Source: the human T2T-CHM13v2.0 reference genome, Homo sapiens
Length of the DNA: 64,000 nt
Assembly: GCA_009914755.4 (NCBI GenBank)
Contig: CP068257.2
Coordinates: forward strand, 31,072,001-31,136,000
Reading direction: 5' to 3'
Shown: positions 33,925 to 47,738 of the stretch, one piece after another
Numbering within the stretch: position 1 is the stretch's first letter
How the letters are laid out: every line of letters starts with the position of its first letter
Program-made: the position numbers and the translations under genes
Notes under the pieces: model-generated
The model's input: only the letters and a program-made list of their open reading frames with translations
What the model was told of the DNA's origin: nothing
Databases searched by the model: none

Positions 33925-34118
33925 GCCGGGCGCGGTGGCTCACACCTGTAATCCCAGCACTTTGGGAGGCTGAGGCGGGCAGATCACGAGGTCAGGAGAT
34001 CGAGACCATCCTGGCTAACATGATGAAACCCCGTCTCTACTAAAAATACAAAAAAGTAGCCGGGCGTGGTGGTGGGCGCCTGTAGTCCCAGCTACTCGGA
34101 AGGCTGAGCCAGGCAATT
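33925..34118 (+). mobile_element. AluY-like, 3'-truncated
   Basis: GGCCGGGCGCGGTGGCTCACACCTGTAATCCCAGCACTTTGGGAGGCTGAGGCGGGCAGATCACGAGGTCAGGAGATCGAGACCATCCTGGCTAACATGATGAAACCCCGTCTC...CTACTCGGAAGGCTGAGCCAGGC, then breaks off. Confidence 0.9.
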
Positions 34119-34259
34119 TATGGCTGGGCACAGTGGCTTATACCTGTAATCCCAGTACTTTGGGAGGCCAAGGAAGGAGGACCACTTGAGCTCAGGAGTT
34201 TGAGACCAGCCTAGGCAACACAAGACCTCGTCTCTTAAAAAAAAAAAAAAAAAAAAAAA
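34119..34259 (+). mobile_element. FLAM/Alu left-monomer-like element with poly-A tail, abutting the previous Alu
   Basis: GGCTGGGCACAGTGGCTTATACCTGTAATCCCAGTACTTTGGGAGGCCAAGGAAGGAGGACCACTTGAGCTCAGGAGTTTGAGACCAGCCTAGGCAACA...A22. Confidence 0.75.
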
Positions 34260-34849
34260 GGCAATTTGTTTACTTACCTTAAACCCTTCCATGACACATA
34301 TAGTTAACTGGTTTTCAACAAAGGCACAAAAGCAATTCAATGGACTGTGAAAGGGAAATATCTTGGGCCTCTTCAAGCTGGGGACCCCGCTGAGGGCAAA
34401 TCTGCCTCCCATTCTATTCAAAGTCATCTCTCAGCTCACAGAGATAGATGCATATTCTGATTGCCTCTTCTGGAAAAACTTATCAGAAACTCCAAAGAAT
34501 GCAACCATCCCTCTCTCACCTACATGTGACCTGGAAGTCCCCAATGGGGGGGCCTTGCTTTGAGCTGTCTCCACCTTTCTGGATGGAACTAATGTATTTC
34601 TTACATATTGATTGATGTCTCGTGTCTCCCTAAAATGTATAAAACCAAGCTGTGCCCCGACCACCTTGGGCACATGTCATCAGAACTTCCTAAGGCTGTG
34701 TCACAGGTGTGTCCTCAATCTTGGCAAAATAAACTTTCTAAATTAACTGAGACCTGTCTCAAATTTTTGGTGTTCATAGGACAAAGGAATTTTTGGTGTT
34801 CACAGAAAAGGCTATCGCCTTTTCAACAAATAGTGCTGGAACAAGTAAA

Positions 34850-35470
34850 CCTTAATCCAGGCCTCACACCCTATAATAAAAATTAACCTGAAAAGAGTCA
34901 CAGACCTAAATGTAAAACCTAAAACTATGAAACTTCTAGAAGAAAGGATAGGAGAAAACCTTTGTGGCTTCATATTAGGCAAAGATTTCTTAGATATGAC
35001 ATCTAAAGCACAATCCATAACAGGAAAAAAAGATCAACTGGACTTCATCAAAATTAAGAACTTCTGCATATGGAAGACTATTAGAATGGAAAGATAAGCC
35101 ACAAACTGAAAAAAAAAAATCTGCAAATCATTTATATGATAAACGACTTCTCTCCAGAATATAGAATTCAATGCTTAGTAAGAATAAAGCCCAATTTAAA
35201 ACCTAAGCAAAAGATTTGAAGACATTTCACCAAAATACATAAACAAATTCCAAATAAGCACATGAAAACGTCCTCAACACTGTCATTAGGGAAATGCAAA
35301 TGAAAACCACAATGAGATACCACATTGCACCCTGTAGAATGACTTAAAAAGCAAAACACTGACAACAGCAAGTATGGTGGGAGTAAGGAATAACCAGGAC
35401 AGTAATAGGTTACTGGTAAGAACGCAAAATTATACAGCCACTTCAGAAGACAGCTTTGCCCGGCTGTTTC
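34850..35470 (+). mobile_element. LINE-1 fragment (older L1PA/L1PB-like, part of ORF2 C-terminal region)
   Basis: …GACCTAAATGTAAAACCTAAAACTATGAAACTTCTAGAAGAAA…GGGAAATGCAAATGAAAACCACAATGAGATACCAC… characteristic L1 ORF2 3' sequence. Confidence 0.8.
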
Positions 35471-36779
35471 ACCCAAATGAAATGAAACTTACATATTCAG
35501 AACACCCTTATAGAAGCTCTTACACCCTTATAGAAGGTCTGTTCATAACCAAATTGGAAATGTCGGGGCCAAGGGAAGGCTTCCCCTTTGCCCTATGAAG
35601 TTTCGCTGAAAATTACTGACAAGAGGCAAATTAACAGGAGAAAAGGCATATAAATTTATTTGATCACAGTTTTATGTAACATGACAGCCTTCAGAATGAA
35701 GACCCAAAGATGGAGGAGAAATTGTCTACTATGTTTAGGTTTAACGAAATATGTACAGGCATGCAGAAACATGACTGGACAAAAAGGTATGATCTACTGC
35801 TCAAGAGAAGACAACACAAGGCCTGTCCGTCCAGATTCTTCTTGGCCTCTCTGAGCAGCATTCTTTCCTTCTGGGTATGGGGCAGGACCCTCTCTGGAAT
35901 GGGGGTTTTATGACCTATAATCAAACAAGGTAGGTCAGATGTTTTATGGCCAGTTTTTACACAGAAAGGCAGAGGCAAAATTAAGAGTAATATATTTAGG
36001 TTTTATGGTTGGCTTTGCGGAAAAGGGGTTCTGGTGTCTATGACCCGCCTGGGGCAACAGGGATTCTAGTTTCTATGGCAACCCTCAAGGGAGAACAGGA
36101 CTGGAAGGTGGGCAGGAGAAGGTCAAAGAAAAAGTTCTTCTAAGGCTGTTTCTGAGGCCTTCATTTTATGGTATTGTTTTCTGAGTCCCAAGAGAAACAA
36201 TCCAAATGTCCCTTAATTAGGGACTAAATGAAAACCAAAACCTAACTCTGGTGCACCTACACAGCAAGGCTGAACCTCAAATTTATTCAGTGGAAGCAGC
36301 CAGACTCAAAAGACTTTGCCTATCATGTAATTCCCTTCTCTTCATAGGACATAGACTGGGAGGTGGCCAGGGGCTTGTGGTGACCTTGACTACAAAAGAG
36401 AATGGGGAATTTCTCAGGACAATAAAAGTTGTACATATCTTGATTTTGGTAGTGATAACATGGCTGTATCTGCTCATCAGAATTTACAGAACTATACACT
36501 AAAAAGAGTGAATTTTACCGTATGTAAATTATACCTTTTATTTTTTTTTTAAGGAAAAAATCTTCCTGTGACTTCCTACAACTTTTGGGATAAGGACCAA
36601 AGTATTTCAAATGACCTACAAGATCCTCTATCATCTGGACTATGGACTTACTTGCTCACTCCAGCTGTCCTATGCTTTCTTCAGCGCCTCCAGTGTAGCC
36701 TGCTCTCTTTCACCTCAGGGCTAACTTCTATTTTTTCTCCAGGTCGAATGATCTAAATATCACTTCCTCAGGGTGGAAG

Positions 36780-37300
36780 GAAATCTTCTGGGACTAGCTA
36801 GTCAAGGTCTCTGTGCCCCTTGTCATATGTTCCACATTACCTTGAATGTCCCCTTTCATAACTCATCACACCTGAGATTACCTATTTGTTGTCAACTGTG
36901 CTGGACTGTGAACTCCACAAAGATTCCACTTCTAGCTTACTCAGTGCTATATCCCCGAACCTCAGAAGAGTATCTGCTACAGCAGTACTCCTTATCTGTG
37001 GTTTCAGTCAGCTGTGGCACAGTACAATAACATATTTTGAGAGAGAAACTACATTCATATAACCTTTACCACAGTATATTATTAATAACTGTTCTATTAT
37101 TAGTTATTGTTAATCTCTTACTGTGCCTAATTTATAAGTTAAACTTTATCATAGGTATGTATGTAGAGGAAAAAACAGTATATATAGGGTTCGGTACTAT
37201 CTGTGGTTTCAGGTAGCCACTGGGCATCTTAGAACATATACCCCATGGATACAGGGAGGACTACTGTAGTCTACTTGCTGAAAAAATTAATTGTGGCTTA
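36780..37300. mobile_element. possible DNA-transposon-derived repeat (Tigger/MER-like), low confidence
   Basis: two copies of CTGTGGTTTCAG… (about 36998 and 37202), the second followed by CCACTGGGCATCTTAGAACATATACCCCATGGATACAGGGAGGACTACTGT. This resembles terminal motifs of TcMar-Tigger family elements. Confidence 0.3.
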
Positions 37301-37539
37301 GTCAGGCATTTCGTTGAGTACGATGGACCTTACTTTGGAACTCAGAAATCACTTTCTCCTGTGAAAATATCAAACTTGAATGAACTTTTGGAATAAAATA
37401 CTTTGTAAAATGGAGATTTTGGGTATAGATATAAACAGATCTAAGCCTATGGAGTTAATAAAAAACAAAACACTCTAAAAAATGTAATATATGAAGTCAA
37501 ACGAAATCTGAGTCTTTTAGATAGTCTATGGACACGTAC

Positions 37540-37606
37540 CTTAACTGAAGACCAAAACTGTCGTTGAAAAAACAAGTAAGGCCCAGAATTTTTATTTTCT
37601 AAGACA
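37540..37606 (-). CDS. PAXBP1: PAXBP1 coding exon: (N)VLENKNSGPYLFFQRQFWSSVK
   Basis: ORF track 37447..37677 (minus). Acceptor ttttttttacttag|TGTC (AG 37608-37607), donor AAG|GTACGT (GT 37539-37538). Phase 2 in, phase 0 out. Confidence 0.9.
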
Positions 37607-37969
37607 CTAAGTAAAAAAAAGAGAAACATATCATGATCAGATATTTTATATGTAGGTGCCATATGATTCCTGGACAAAAGATTTTTCTACAAAACAGGTA
37701 AACAAAATAAATTTTTAATTTTTCAAATAATTGCATTCTGGAAGATAGTATGTTAAAAAGGCAATGGAAATTTATTCTGAGACACTCAGGGAGAACGTAA
37801 GAGTATTGTTTTATTCTGCTTAAGGGAACAATCTCGCCACTAATCTAGTCTCTCTGTAATACACTACATGGGTGAAGTTTGTATTTCAAGCTAGTTTTTC
37901 AGAATTTTATAAGCCTTCTCTGAAACACAATGGAGAATATTATCTTTAATGTTCTTCAGAGTTACTTAC

Positions 37970-38046
37970 TTTTTGGGATATAAGGGCATAAATACATCAT
38001 CATCTAAAGTTCTTCTCATTCTCAATAAAAGTGCCTTTAGGTATAC
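37970..38046 (-). CDS. PAXBP1: PAXBP1 coding exon: VYLKALLLRMRRTLDDDVFMPLYPK(N)
   Basis: acceptor aactttttag|GTATAC (AG 38048-38047), donor CCCAAAAA|GTAAGT (GT 37969-37968). 77 nt. Confidence 0.85.
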
Positions 38047-39083
38047 CTAAAAAGTTAAAAGTAGATCACACATTTTAATAAGGACTATGACAAGAAAAAT
38101 AAGCCATATTCCAAATCATGTAACTGAATATTGAACTGAGTGAACTAGTTTCTCAAATTTTTAATTTTCCTCATTGAAGACCCTAAAGTAATTAATACTT
38201 AATAATCTATTAGTTCATTCCTCAACAACTGCCAAGCAATAAAGCTTTAGAAATCTTTCAATTCCTTAGTCTACATAAAGATTTAAGACCAGACACATAA
38301 TCTAGCTCTCAAAGTGAAAATTCAACAATGACAAAGAGCACCCACCTTCTCTACATTTAAACAGCTTCTATGAATGGCCCCTGAAGAGCATTAACTTTAA
38401 GTTTGGCAACTAGTTATAAAACAGTATCTAGTTGTTTTATATGCTGTTTAAATGGTTTGGGTGCCCAATCTTTTGGCTTCCCTGGGCCATACTGGAAGAA
38501 CTGTCTTGGGCCACACATAAAATACAATGACACTAATGACAGCTGATGAGCTAAAAAAAAAAAAAAAAGAAAAAAAAAAAGGAGGGGGGCGGGGTCTGTG
38601 CATAAATTTCATGTATTAAGACAGTTTACAAATTTGTGTTGGGCCGCATTCAAAGCCGTCCTGGGCCACATGTCCATGGGCCACGGGTTGGACAAGCTTA
38701 AATTATCAATTGTTAACATTTTGGTTTCTCATTTCCCCCCAGAAAATACAGTCTTTAAAAGGACATTTGATTAGTTGGATTGGGACTGAGGTGTGGTGGT
38801 GAGAAATCATAATGAAAGGCTATTTAAAATGATGACATCTTCCTTCCATATTGATTTTTTTAAACTGAAAACTAACATCTCTCTGCGGGACTAGGTATAA
38901 AAAAAAGAAAAAAAAAACCTAACATCTCAAATTTTGTGTATTTCAGGCTTTAATGGCCCTGATGGCCCAAGTGGGAGAACCAGATTTCTGATTGGTTTAG
39001 GATAACCACTCATTCTCTCAATGCTTGCTCATATTCAACAGAAAGAGGAAAAAAAAAAAAGGCTTCAAAAGATACTAAATTAC

Positions 39084-39205
39084 CTGTGTATTTTTATTTT
39101 CTGCATTCACTACTGAAGGATATCCATTGATTAATTTTAGTGTAATTCCCACCATTCTTGAAGTCTGTGTTGTAGAAAAAGGGTCCCACATATTTTCAGC
39201 TATCA
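39084..39205 (-). CDS. PAXBP1: PAXBP1 coding exon: (V)IAENMWDPFSTTQTSRMVGITLKLINGYPSVVNAENKNTQ
   Basis: acceptor ttcttaatag|TGATAGC (AG 39207-39206), donor ACACAG|GTAATT (GT 39083-39082). 122 nt. Confidence 0.85.
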
Positions 39206-39865
39206 CTATTAAGAAAAAAAGAGGATTGAGACACAGAAGCCAATTGTACCTTTAATTTTTTGTCAAGCAGACCTCTATTAATGCCAATCCTAATTTATTT
39301 TTCCTCTTTTTCTACAATATAAGCTTTAGTCTTCTTTGTCCTATTAACTGTGGGAATTTGGAGGGATAGGGATGTGGAGAGAGGATAGATTATTCTTATT
39401 TCTGGTACTCAGGGAAAATAAAGATTAGGAAAAAAGAGGATTTCTGTAGAAATGTTGTCTTGGCATCAAGAATTTCAAACTAACATTTCTAGTATTTAAA
39501 ATAGATTCCTGTATCAATGATTCCTAATCTTTTTTGAGGAACTTATGAAAGCATTTTAATTGCTCCCCACATAAATGCATATCCTCCTCCCTCAAACTCT
39601 GTATAATTTTGCTTCAGTCAGTCTTTGAATTTCTAAACCTCACCTATGAAGCAATTACTGCACTCAACTACAGGCCCACCCTAAAGTGGTCTTCAAGTCC
39701 CAGGATAAGAACCCCTCTGCCCTCTAGCCATCTCTGGGCCAGGTGGTAACTATTATTTCTCATGTAATTTCTATAAGGAAACATGCTCTGAATTATAAAC
39801 TCATAAAAATAGATTTGAGAAAGCCAGTGTGTCTGAATGCTCAATTCAGAGAACAGGAGATTTAC

Positions 39866-40010
39866 CTGTTAGTTTAGGAAGAATCACCTTTTCCACAATG
39901 GTAGGTAGTAGGGCAACATCTACATCATCTTTTTCTTGCTCTCGTTCTTCACAACCATAAAACAGCAAAGATTCAAACCACAGCATATTCTCAAAGTCAC
40001 GACATTTTGC
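39866..40010 (-). CDS. PAXBP1: PAXBP1 coding exon: AKCRDFENMLWFESLLFYGCEEREQEKDDVDVALLPTIVEKVILPKLT(V)
   Basis: acceptor cttttag|GCAAAATG (AG 40012-40011), donor CTAACAG|GTAAAT (GT 39865-39864). 145 nt. Confidence 0.85.
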
Positions 40011-40099
40011 CTAAAAGACATTTAAAAGGTTACCCAAATACTAAAATAGTGGCTATTTCTGCTTCCAGCTATGATAAGAGAAACAAGAACTGGATTTAA

Positions 40100-41545
40100 C
40101 CTTTGGTTGCAAACAACTAAAAACTGGACGGCTGGAGATATCATGCTACCAGACTTCAAACTATAAGGCCACAGTAACCAAAACAGCATGGTACTGATAC
40201 AAAAACAGACACATAGACCAATGGAACAGAATAGAGAACTCAGCAATAAGACCGCACACCTACAACCATCTGATCTCCGACAAACCTGACACGAACAAGC
40301 AATGGGGAAAAGATTCCCTGTTTAATAAATGGTGTTGGGAGAATTGGCTAGCCATATACAGAAAATTGAAACTGGGCTCCTTCCTTACACCATATACAAA
40401 AGTTAAGTCAAGATGGATTAAAGACTTAAATGTAAACCCCAAAACTATAAAAATCCTAGAAGAAAATCTAGGCAATACCATTCAAGACATCGGCATGGGC
40501 AAAGATTTCACGACAAAAACACCAAAAGCAACTGCAACAAAAGCAAAAATTGACAAATGGTATCTAATTCAACTAAAGAGCTTCTACGCAGCAAAAGAAA
40601 CTATTATCAGAGTGAACAGACAACCTACAGAATGGGAGAAAATTCTTGCAATCTATCCATCTGACAAAGGTCTAATATCCAGAGTCTACAGGAAACTTTA
40701 TAGGAAAAAAACAACCCCATTAAAAGTGGGCAAAGGACATGAACAGATACTTCTCAAAAGAAGACATTCATGTAGCCAACAAACATGAAAAAAAGCTCAA
40801 CATCACCGATGATTGGAGAAATGCAAATCTAAACCACAATGAGATACCATCCCATGCCAATCAGAATGGGAATTATTTAAAAGTCCAGAAACAAAAGATG
40901 CTGGTAAGGTTTCAGAGAAAAAGGAACACTTTTACACTATTGGTGGGAGTGTAAGGAAGACAGTGTGCCAATTCCTCACAGATCTAGAAGCAGAAATGCC
41001 ATTTGACCCAGCAATCCCATTACTGGGTATATACCTACAGAAATATAAATCATTCTATTATAAAGCTACATGCATATGTATGTTCACTGCAGCACTATTC
41101 ACAATAGCAAAGACATGGAATCAACCCAAATGCCCATCAATTATAGACTGGATAAAGAAAATGTTATACATATACACCATGGAATACTATGCAGCCATAA
41201 AAAGGAACGAGGTCATGTCCTTTGCAGGGACATGGATGGAGCTAGAAGCCATTATCCTCAGCAAACTAACGCAGGAACAGAAACCCAAGCACCACATGTT
41301 CTCGCAAGTGGGAGCTGAACAATGAGAATATATGGACACATACTGGGGAAAAACACACACTGAGGCCTGTTGGGGGGTGGGGGTGGGGACTTGGGGGAGG
41401 GAGAGCAACAACAGCTACTGGATGCTAGGCTTCCTACCAAGGTGATGGGTTGATCTGTGCTGTAAACCACCATGTCACATGTTTACCTATGTAACAAATC
41501 TGCACATGTACCCTGGAACTTAAAAGCCAAAGAAAATAAAAAAGA
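40100..41545 (+). mobile_element. LINE-1 (L1PA-type) 5'-truncated copy: ORF2 C-terminal segment plus 3'UTR with A-rich end
   Basis: …AAAAACTGGACGGCTGGAGATATCATGCTACCAGACTTCAAACTAT…GGGCAAAGGACATGAACAGA…ACTTCTCAAAAGAAGACATTCATGTAGCCAACAAACATGAAAAAA…CCTGTTGGGGGGTGGGGGTGGGGACTTGGGGGAGGGAGAGC…TGCACATGTACCCTGGAACTTAAAAG. ORF track 40366..40788 is the L1 ORF2 remnant. Confidence 0.95.
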
Positions 41546-42082
41546 ACTGGACAAAATACAATGGACCATAGGCAGCACAAGACTATGACCCTTTAAAGAA
41601 AGGAATCAAATGAGGTGAGATGCTAGTTCAGGACAGCAGAGCAGTTTTGCTGAGTGGAGGAGACAGAGGGTGGAGCTCAGGAAGGCTGACACAGCTGGAA
41701 ACTGTGGGGCAGAGGAGTGGGGGACACAGAAAAATAACTCCAAAATACAGTCTTGGGCCTTTGCTATCTACCAAGACACTCATGCACACAGCAAAACTTC
41801 AGAAGGTCTGGCCAAGAGCACACAGGAAATAGGAGCTGTGAGCTGAATGCTTCTCAGAGCTCACATTTTTTTCAGTTGTGTTTCCATGGCATCAACCTCA
41901 GCTCCCTTTTCCTTATAGTTCACAAATTCAACCTAGCCAATCTCAACCATGTCTACAGCTTCACCCACGTTGGTAACTTCTAAAACCACATTGTAAACAT
42001 CACCACTAGACCTCCAGAGTCAATTCTAGCCCCCTCCCTTATATGACAGGCCAATAGGTCCTCTTGATTCCACCTCCTTATC

Positions 42083-42403
<321 letters not shown>

Positions 42404-42790
42404 TGACTTGGGTCATGTCCTCATTTCACACCTGCCTCATTGTGCTTTCCCATCTGGTTCTGAGTTCCTCTAGGATCAAAGGACCAAGTTCTTACTATTC
42501 ATGTTCATATCCCAGTGTTACTGCATATAATTTCAGCTGGCTGAAAAAAGGATTATATGTAAACTGAAAAAACAACAACAACAACAAAAAAAACACATAG
42601 CTCTGCTGGGAAGACATGAAACTTAAAAGGAAAGATCATAAGATTATAACCAGATACAATCTATCAATTATAGCCTATGCCCTATCACCCCTGCAAAATA
42701 TTTTGCTTAAGCTTACATCTCTAGCTTTGAGATTAAAATTACCCAGATATCAAATTATAACACTTTCTAATAGTGACAGAAGCCACTCAC

Positions 42791-42990
42791 CTCAAGAGGA
42801 GTCCAAGTGAGGAGCTGAAGTCGTATGAGGGGGTTGAATAATTTTGGCAAACAAAGGCCAATGTAAGCATCTTTGTAGGATGTGTAGTATTTTGAACGCC
42901 ATGCTTCAAACTGTGATTTAATACAGTCAATTGAATAGAAACTTTCAAGGACATCTTCAAAAACTTTGCCGGATTCTTTTGAAATTCGAT
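42791..42990 (-). CDS. PAXBP1: PAXBP1 coding exon: (D)RISKESGKVFEDVLESFYSIDCIKSQFEAWRSKYYTSYKDAYIGLCLPKLFNPLIRLQLLTWTPLE
   Basis: ORF track 42767..43021 (minus). Acceptor gtttttag|ATCGAA, donor CTTGAG|GTGAGT (GT 42790-42789). My hand count of the printed text is off by 1 nt here, so the coordinates were anchored on the ORF track. Confidence 0.85.
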
Positions 42991-43488
42991 CTAAAAACAA
43001 CAAAACCCCACAGAGAACCATACATTAGTATGAAGTAGGAAAAAAACAGTCCAATATTTTCAGTGTTTTCTTTGTAGCTTCAGTATCAGAAGATACGCTC
43101 ATTAACAAAGGGCCAATTGTTAGTCACAATTTAGAAGAAAAAAATAAATTGAAGTTTCAATTTGTCTATTATGTAAACTAAAGTGCAGCCAGTCCTTGTT
43201 TTGCAGTTCCAGTATATACAATTTTTCTACCACAGTTTGGCTAAATAAAACCTGTTCCCAAACAAGATGGTTCAAATTTCAGTTACTACGGTGTATTAGC
43301 CATAAGTAATTGTGCCGCTAGCTTTTTAGTTCACAGATCACTGCACAGATTAACAGCTGTGCATCATAATCAGTCACTAATCACATTGCTTCATTCAAAC
43401 TCTGTTGGTGATTATAATAACTGACATAGCCAACTATCAGCTGAATGGATGCTAGGAACTTTAAGTGAAAAGTTATTTGCGAATAAGA

Positions 43489-43786
<298 letters not shown>

Positions 43787-45208
43787 AGAATAAGATACTC
43801 TTATGATGTCCCAGATTACTTGGGAAAAGGAAATACTTACAATGGAGAGATAAAGTTCTGAGAACCTTTACTGCAAGATCAATCTTAACATTGCTAATAG
43901 TGGGGACAGTCTAACATTTGTCATGTGCTTTTAAGCAGTATGAAACAGCATCCTGTATAAATTATTCTTGGGGAAGAAAAAAAAAAAGTTTAACTTAAAT
44001 CTAATTAAGCCTTCAGACCTAAATTCCAGTTTACAAGAAATGGATCAAAGAACAAGTTAAACAATGCTATGAGGAAACATACAGACCAGTCTAGAATATA
44101 GGACAGTCTATAAGAGAAGTGGCCTGGTCTCTTCAAAAATTTAAAGAACAATAGGGGTGGGTGTGTGAATGTGTACTTAGGGTTACTCATTTATTCCAGA
44201 TTTAAAAATGTCATAACCAAATGCAGAGCATGAACCTTAGGTGGATCCTGGTTTCAAAAACCACAAAATAACCCACAAAAATAGTTCCTAAAAAGGGTTT
44301 TTCCAGGATGCCATTGAGAAAAATTATATATGGACATGATATTAAGAAATCTGTTTTCTTATTGTGCTAAAAAAAGAAATACTTAATCAGAATAGGCATC
44401 TAACAAAAAGAAAAAAGATAATAATACTGTGATTATACAGAAAAATATACTCATTTAGAGGAAACACACTCTGAAATTTTGGGGAGTGAAGAGCCATGAG
44501 GTCTGTAAGTTACTTTCAAATGGTTCAGCAAACACACACATCTCCTTGTATAAAGAGCCAGGCAAACTTGGTGAAATCATAAGCATTGTTATCTGAGTGA
44601 TAGGTATGTGGATGATCACTGTGCTAGTCTTTCAAATTTTGTTTAGAAATGTTCACTGTAAAAAAAGTAAGAGAAAGAAGCTTCTCCAACTAAGTTCCAA
44701 ATGGTGTGCAATTGATATAATTCCAAACAATTATAGCCAATGGTGGGAAATGAAGACTTTTATTTGGGATCCTTCTGAAAATGCCTGGCACATAATAGTA
44801 CTAACCATTCCTCTAAGGTGAGATTACTTATGACTCCCCAAATCAAGAGTTTCCTTCAGGGCTGAGTGCTCTACTGCCAAGCTTTACCTTTCCAGACCAG
44901 ACAGGCTGCAATGAGAGCTGCCCTCAAGGACCTGACACATTTCCAGTCACTTAAAATTCTACCATTTGGAACAGTAACAACATTTATTATGCAAATACTA
45001 AGTACACCCTATGAGAAGATGTTACCCCTATTTTTGAGAATTCATCATGATATTCACTAATAAAAAGGCATGCAAATTTCTGCAATTAAAAAAGAAGTGT
45101 CTGGTTCTAATGCAGAGACCATGAAGATTCAAATCATTTCATGGTAAAAACCATACCCAAGTAGAAACTAAACTGATGATGAGTCTTATTTCCAAATAAA
45201 TGTCTAAC

Positions 45209-45324
45209 CTTTTTCCAGATTGAAATTAGTAATATCTGTAGAAGTTTCTTCATCATCACTGGAAAGGCCTTCAAGGTGATCTGCCATCTTACCGGTTTGT
45301 TCTCTGGCTTGTCTACGACGAGTC
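45209..45324 (-). CDS. PAXBP1: PAXBP1 coding exon: (R)TRRRQAREQTGKMADHLEGLSSDDEETSTDITNFNLEK(D)
   Basis: acceptor ttattatttag|GACTCG (AG 45326-45325), donor AAAAAG|GTTAGA (GT 45208-45207). 116 nt. Confidence 0.85.
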
Positions 45325-45410
45325 CTAAATAATAAACATCAAGTTCCCAAACTAGATAACAGAGACTCCTCCCTTCCCAAACAAGCCAGAGCAAGGGTTT
45401 TGAGAATTAC

Positions 45411-45510
45411 CTCCTGGCCTCCCGCTCTGCAATGCGACGTTTTGCATGCTCTTGATACAGTGCCCGATCGCGTCCAAAGGAGTCAAGATTTGGTGCCATC
45501 AGAGCTTTGT
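45411..45510 (-). CDS. PAXBP1: PAXBP1 coding exon: (N)KALMAPNLDSFGRDRALYQEHAKRRIAEREAR(R)
   Basis: acceptor ttgttttgcag|ACAAAGC (AG 45512-45511), donor CAGGAG|GTAATT (GT 45410-45409). 100 nt. Confidence 0.85.
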
Positions 45511-46925
45511 CTGCAAAACAACAACAGTTAAAATTAAAAGCCATCTTTCAACAATCTTGAGGAAAGAGTTTGCACAGAATAAGCCATTACGACAGACTGC
45601 TTGCTAATCTCAACGGCAAGATTCTGCAATAACTGGTAAACCAGGTAGGTTTTTGGTTTAGAACAAATTTCATTATTATTCTGCGTTCCCATTTTAAAAA
45701 GTAGAAAAATTAAAGAAGTGATTTCTTTTTAAGAGTTCAACAACCCTACAAATATGTAATTGGGCTTACTCACTATTTTTATGTCTAAGTAACAGGACAG
45801 CTATCAGGAATAGCTATCATGATGACCAAATAAATTAAAACTCTAAATTACCTGTGCAAAGGGAAAAATATTACATTTTTAAGGAGGAAGAACTTCAGCA
45901 TCACATTGAATGACAGCAGGAAAACATAGGAAGACATAAGAAAACAGCTTTGTTGCAAGAGTTTAATAAATTTATTGTAATTTTGCTTTGTAGAAATTTG
46001 TTTTCTATCACTATTTTTAGAATAAGGCATCTGAAAACCGCATCTGAGCAGGACCAACTTCCGCCTTCTCAAATGCTAATCTTTCTCTTTCACAGCATAG
46101 TTTTATTTTATTTTTTTGGTCTTCGTATTTTCCATTTCTCAAAAAACATTCTAGGGTAATTTCCTAGCTTTAGCTTCCAATCCTATTTAAATTTATATTT
46201 CAGTTATCATATTTTTAGTTTTCAAGAGATAGTTCTTGTTCTTACAATATTCCTCTTCTACAGCATTCTATATACTGCTGTTGAGTAGGATACCTTCTAT
46301 TATCTCCCTGGGGCTCCCAACTGTTTGAAAGTAATCTGTTTACAGAAAACTTGCATACTTGTACCAGCACTGTCTGTTTCCTCAGTCCCTTTGGTTCTGC
46401 TGCTCAGGTTGGTCCTTATGATCATCGTTAACTGCCTGTTCATATAGAAGAGCAAGACTGGAAGCTGTGTGTGTGGGCAGGAGCTGTCTAACAGAGGTGT
46501 CTCCGTCGGATCACTAGGTACTGAGCCAGTTCTTTTGTTGGGGATCCCCAGATTTTAGTGTTTCAGGGTCTTTATTTTGGACCTACTCTCTTTAATCAAA
46601 AAAGACTCCCCTAATCTCTTGCCTAGGTAAAAGAAGGGGTGGGGGAAACATCTGTCCACTATACTTCCCTCATTTCTACGTTTTAGTTCCACACTATGAA
46701 GATATGACAGTAAGGGGAGGCAAACAACCCAAACGACTGGGTGAGAGGGGAGGGAGGTGAGCACATGCAAGATGAAAGACATCCAAGTTAAGACTTGCAT
46801 ATTTTTTTACTTATCAATTGATATTTACTGATATCAACAGAGATGTGTCACCAAAATCAGCAACAGGAAAAACAAAACCAAAATTTAGCTCTTACTTCAG
46901 AATATCCTAATTATCAGACCTTACT

Positions 46926-46939
46926 ATCTATCTATCTAT

Positions 46940-46950
<11 letters not shown>
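46926..46950. repeat. (TCTA)n/(TATT)n microsatellite at the Alu tail
   Basis: ctatctatctatctatttatttatt. Confidence 0.85.
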
Positions 46951-47205
<255 letters not shown>

Positions 47206-47468
47206 AGACCCTACTATTTTTAAAAGTTGACTTTTTTTTTTACTGAGTTTTTCATTCATATTTCAAAATAGCTCTGAAATTAGGAAGGAGGTATGTTCCT
47301 GAGTGCATCAATTACAATGAAAAATTACTAAACCAGAAAGATTTCCCAGCCCTAGATGTGAGTTCACTACACACCCCAGATGAATTAGCTAAAATATCCC
47401 AAACTATAAAAATAATTCCAGACTCAAGAGTTTTCCTTCAAGAAATATTTTTAAAAATATCATTATAC

Positions 47469-47738
47469 GGCTGGGCACGGTGGCTCACGCCTGTAATCCC
47501 AGCACTTTGGGAGGCTGAGGCTGGTGGATCACGAGGTCAGGAGTTCAAGACCAGCCTGACCAACATGGTGAAACCCCGTCTCTACTAAAAAAAATACAAA
47601 AATCAGCCAGGCGTAGCTGAGGCAGGAGAATTGCTTGAACCCGGGAGGCGGAGGTGGCGGTGAGCCGAGATTGCGCCATTGCACTCCAGCCTGGGCAACA
47701 AAGCGAGACTCCGTCTCAAAAAAAAAAAAAAAAAAAAA
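47469..47738 (+). mobile_element. Alu SINE with a roughly 35-bp internal deletion
   Basis: GGCTGGGCACGGTGGCTCACGCCTGTAATCCCAGCACTTTGGGAGGCTGAGGCTGGTGGATCACGAGG…AAATCAGCCAGGCGTAG|CTGAGGCAGGAGAATTGC…poly-A. Confidence 0.9.

Noticed and set aside
38440-38700. Repeat-like segment with GGGCCACA…/GGGCCGCATTCAAAGCCGTCCTGGGCCAC motifs and an A25-GGAGGGGGGCGGGG tract
   Set aside because: It probably derives from an ancient interspersed repeat with an Sp1-like G-box, but I cannot assign a family with confidence and there is no evidence of function. Noted only.
40366-40788. 140-aa ORF with similarity to a reverse-transcriptase-associated protein
   Set aside because: It is the C-terminal part of ORF2 inside a 5'-truncated L1PA copy (40100-41545). 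This is a dead retrotransposon remnant and not a host gene.
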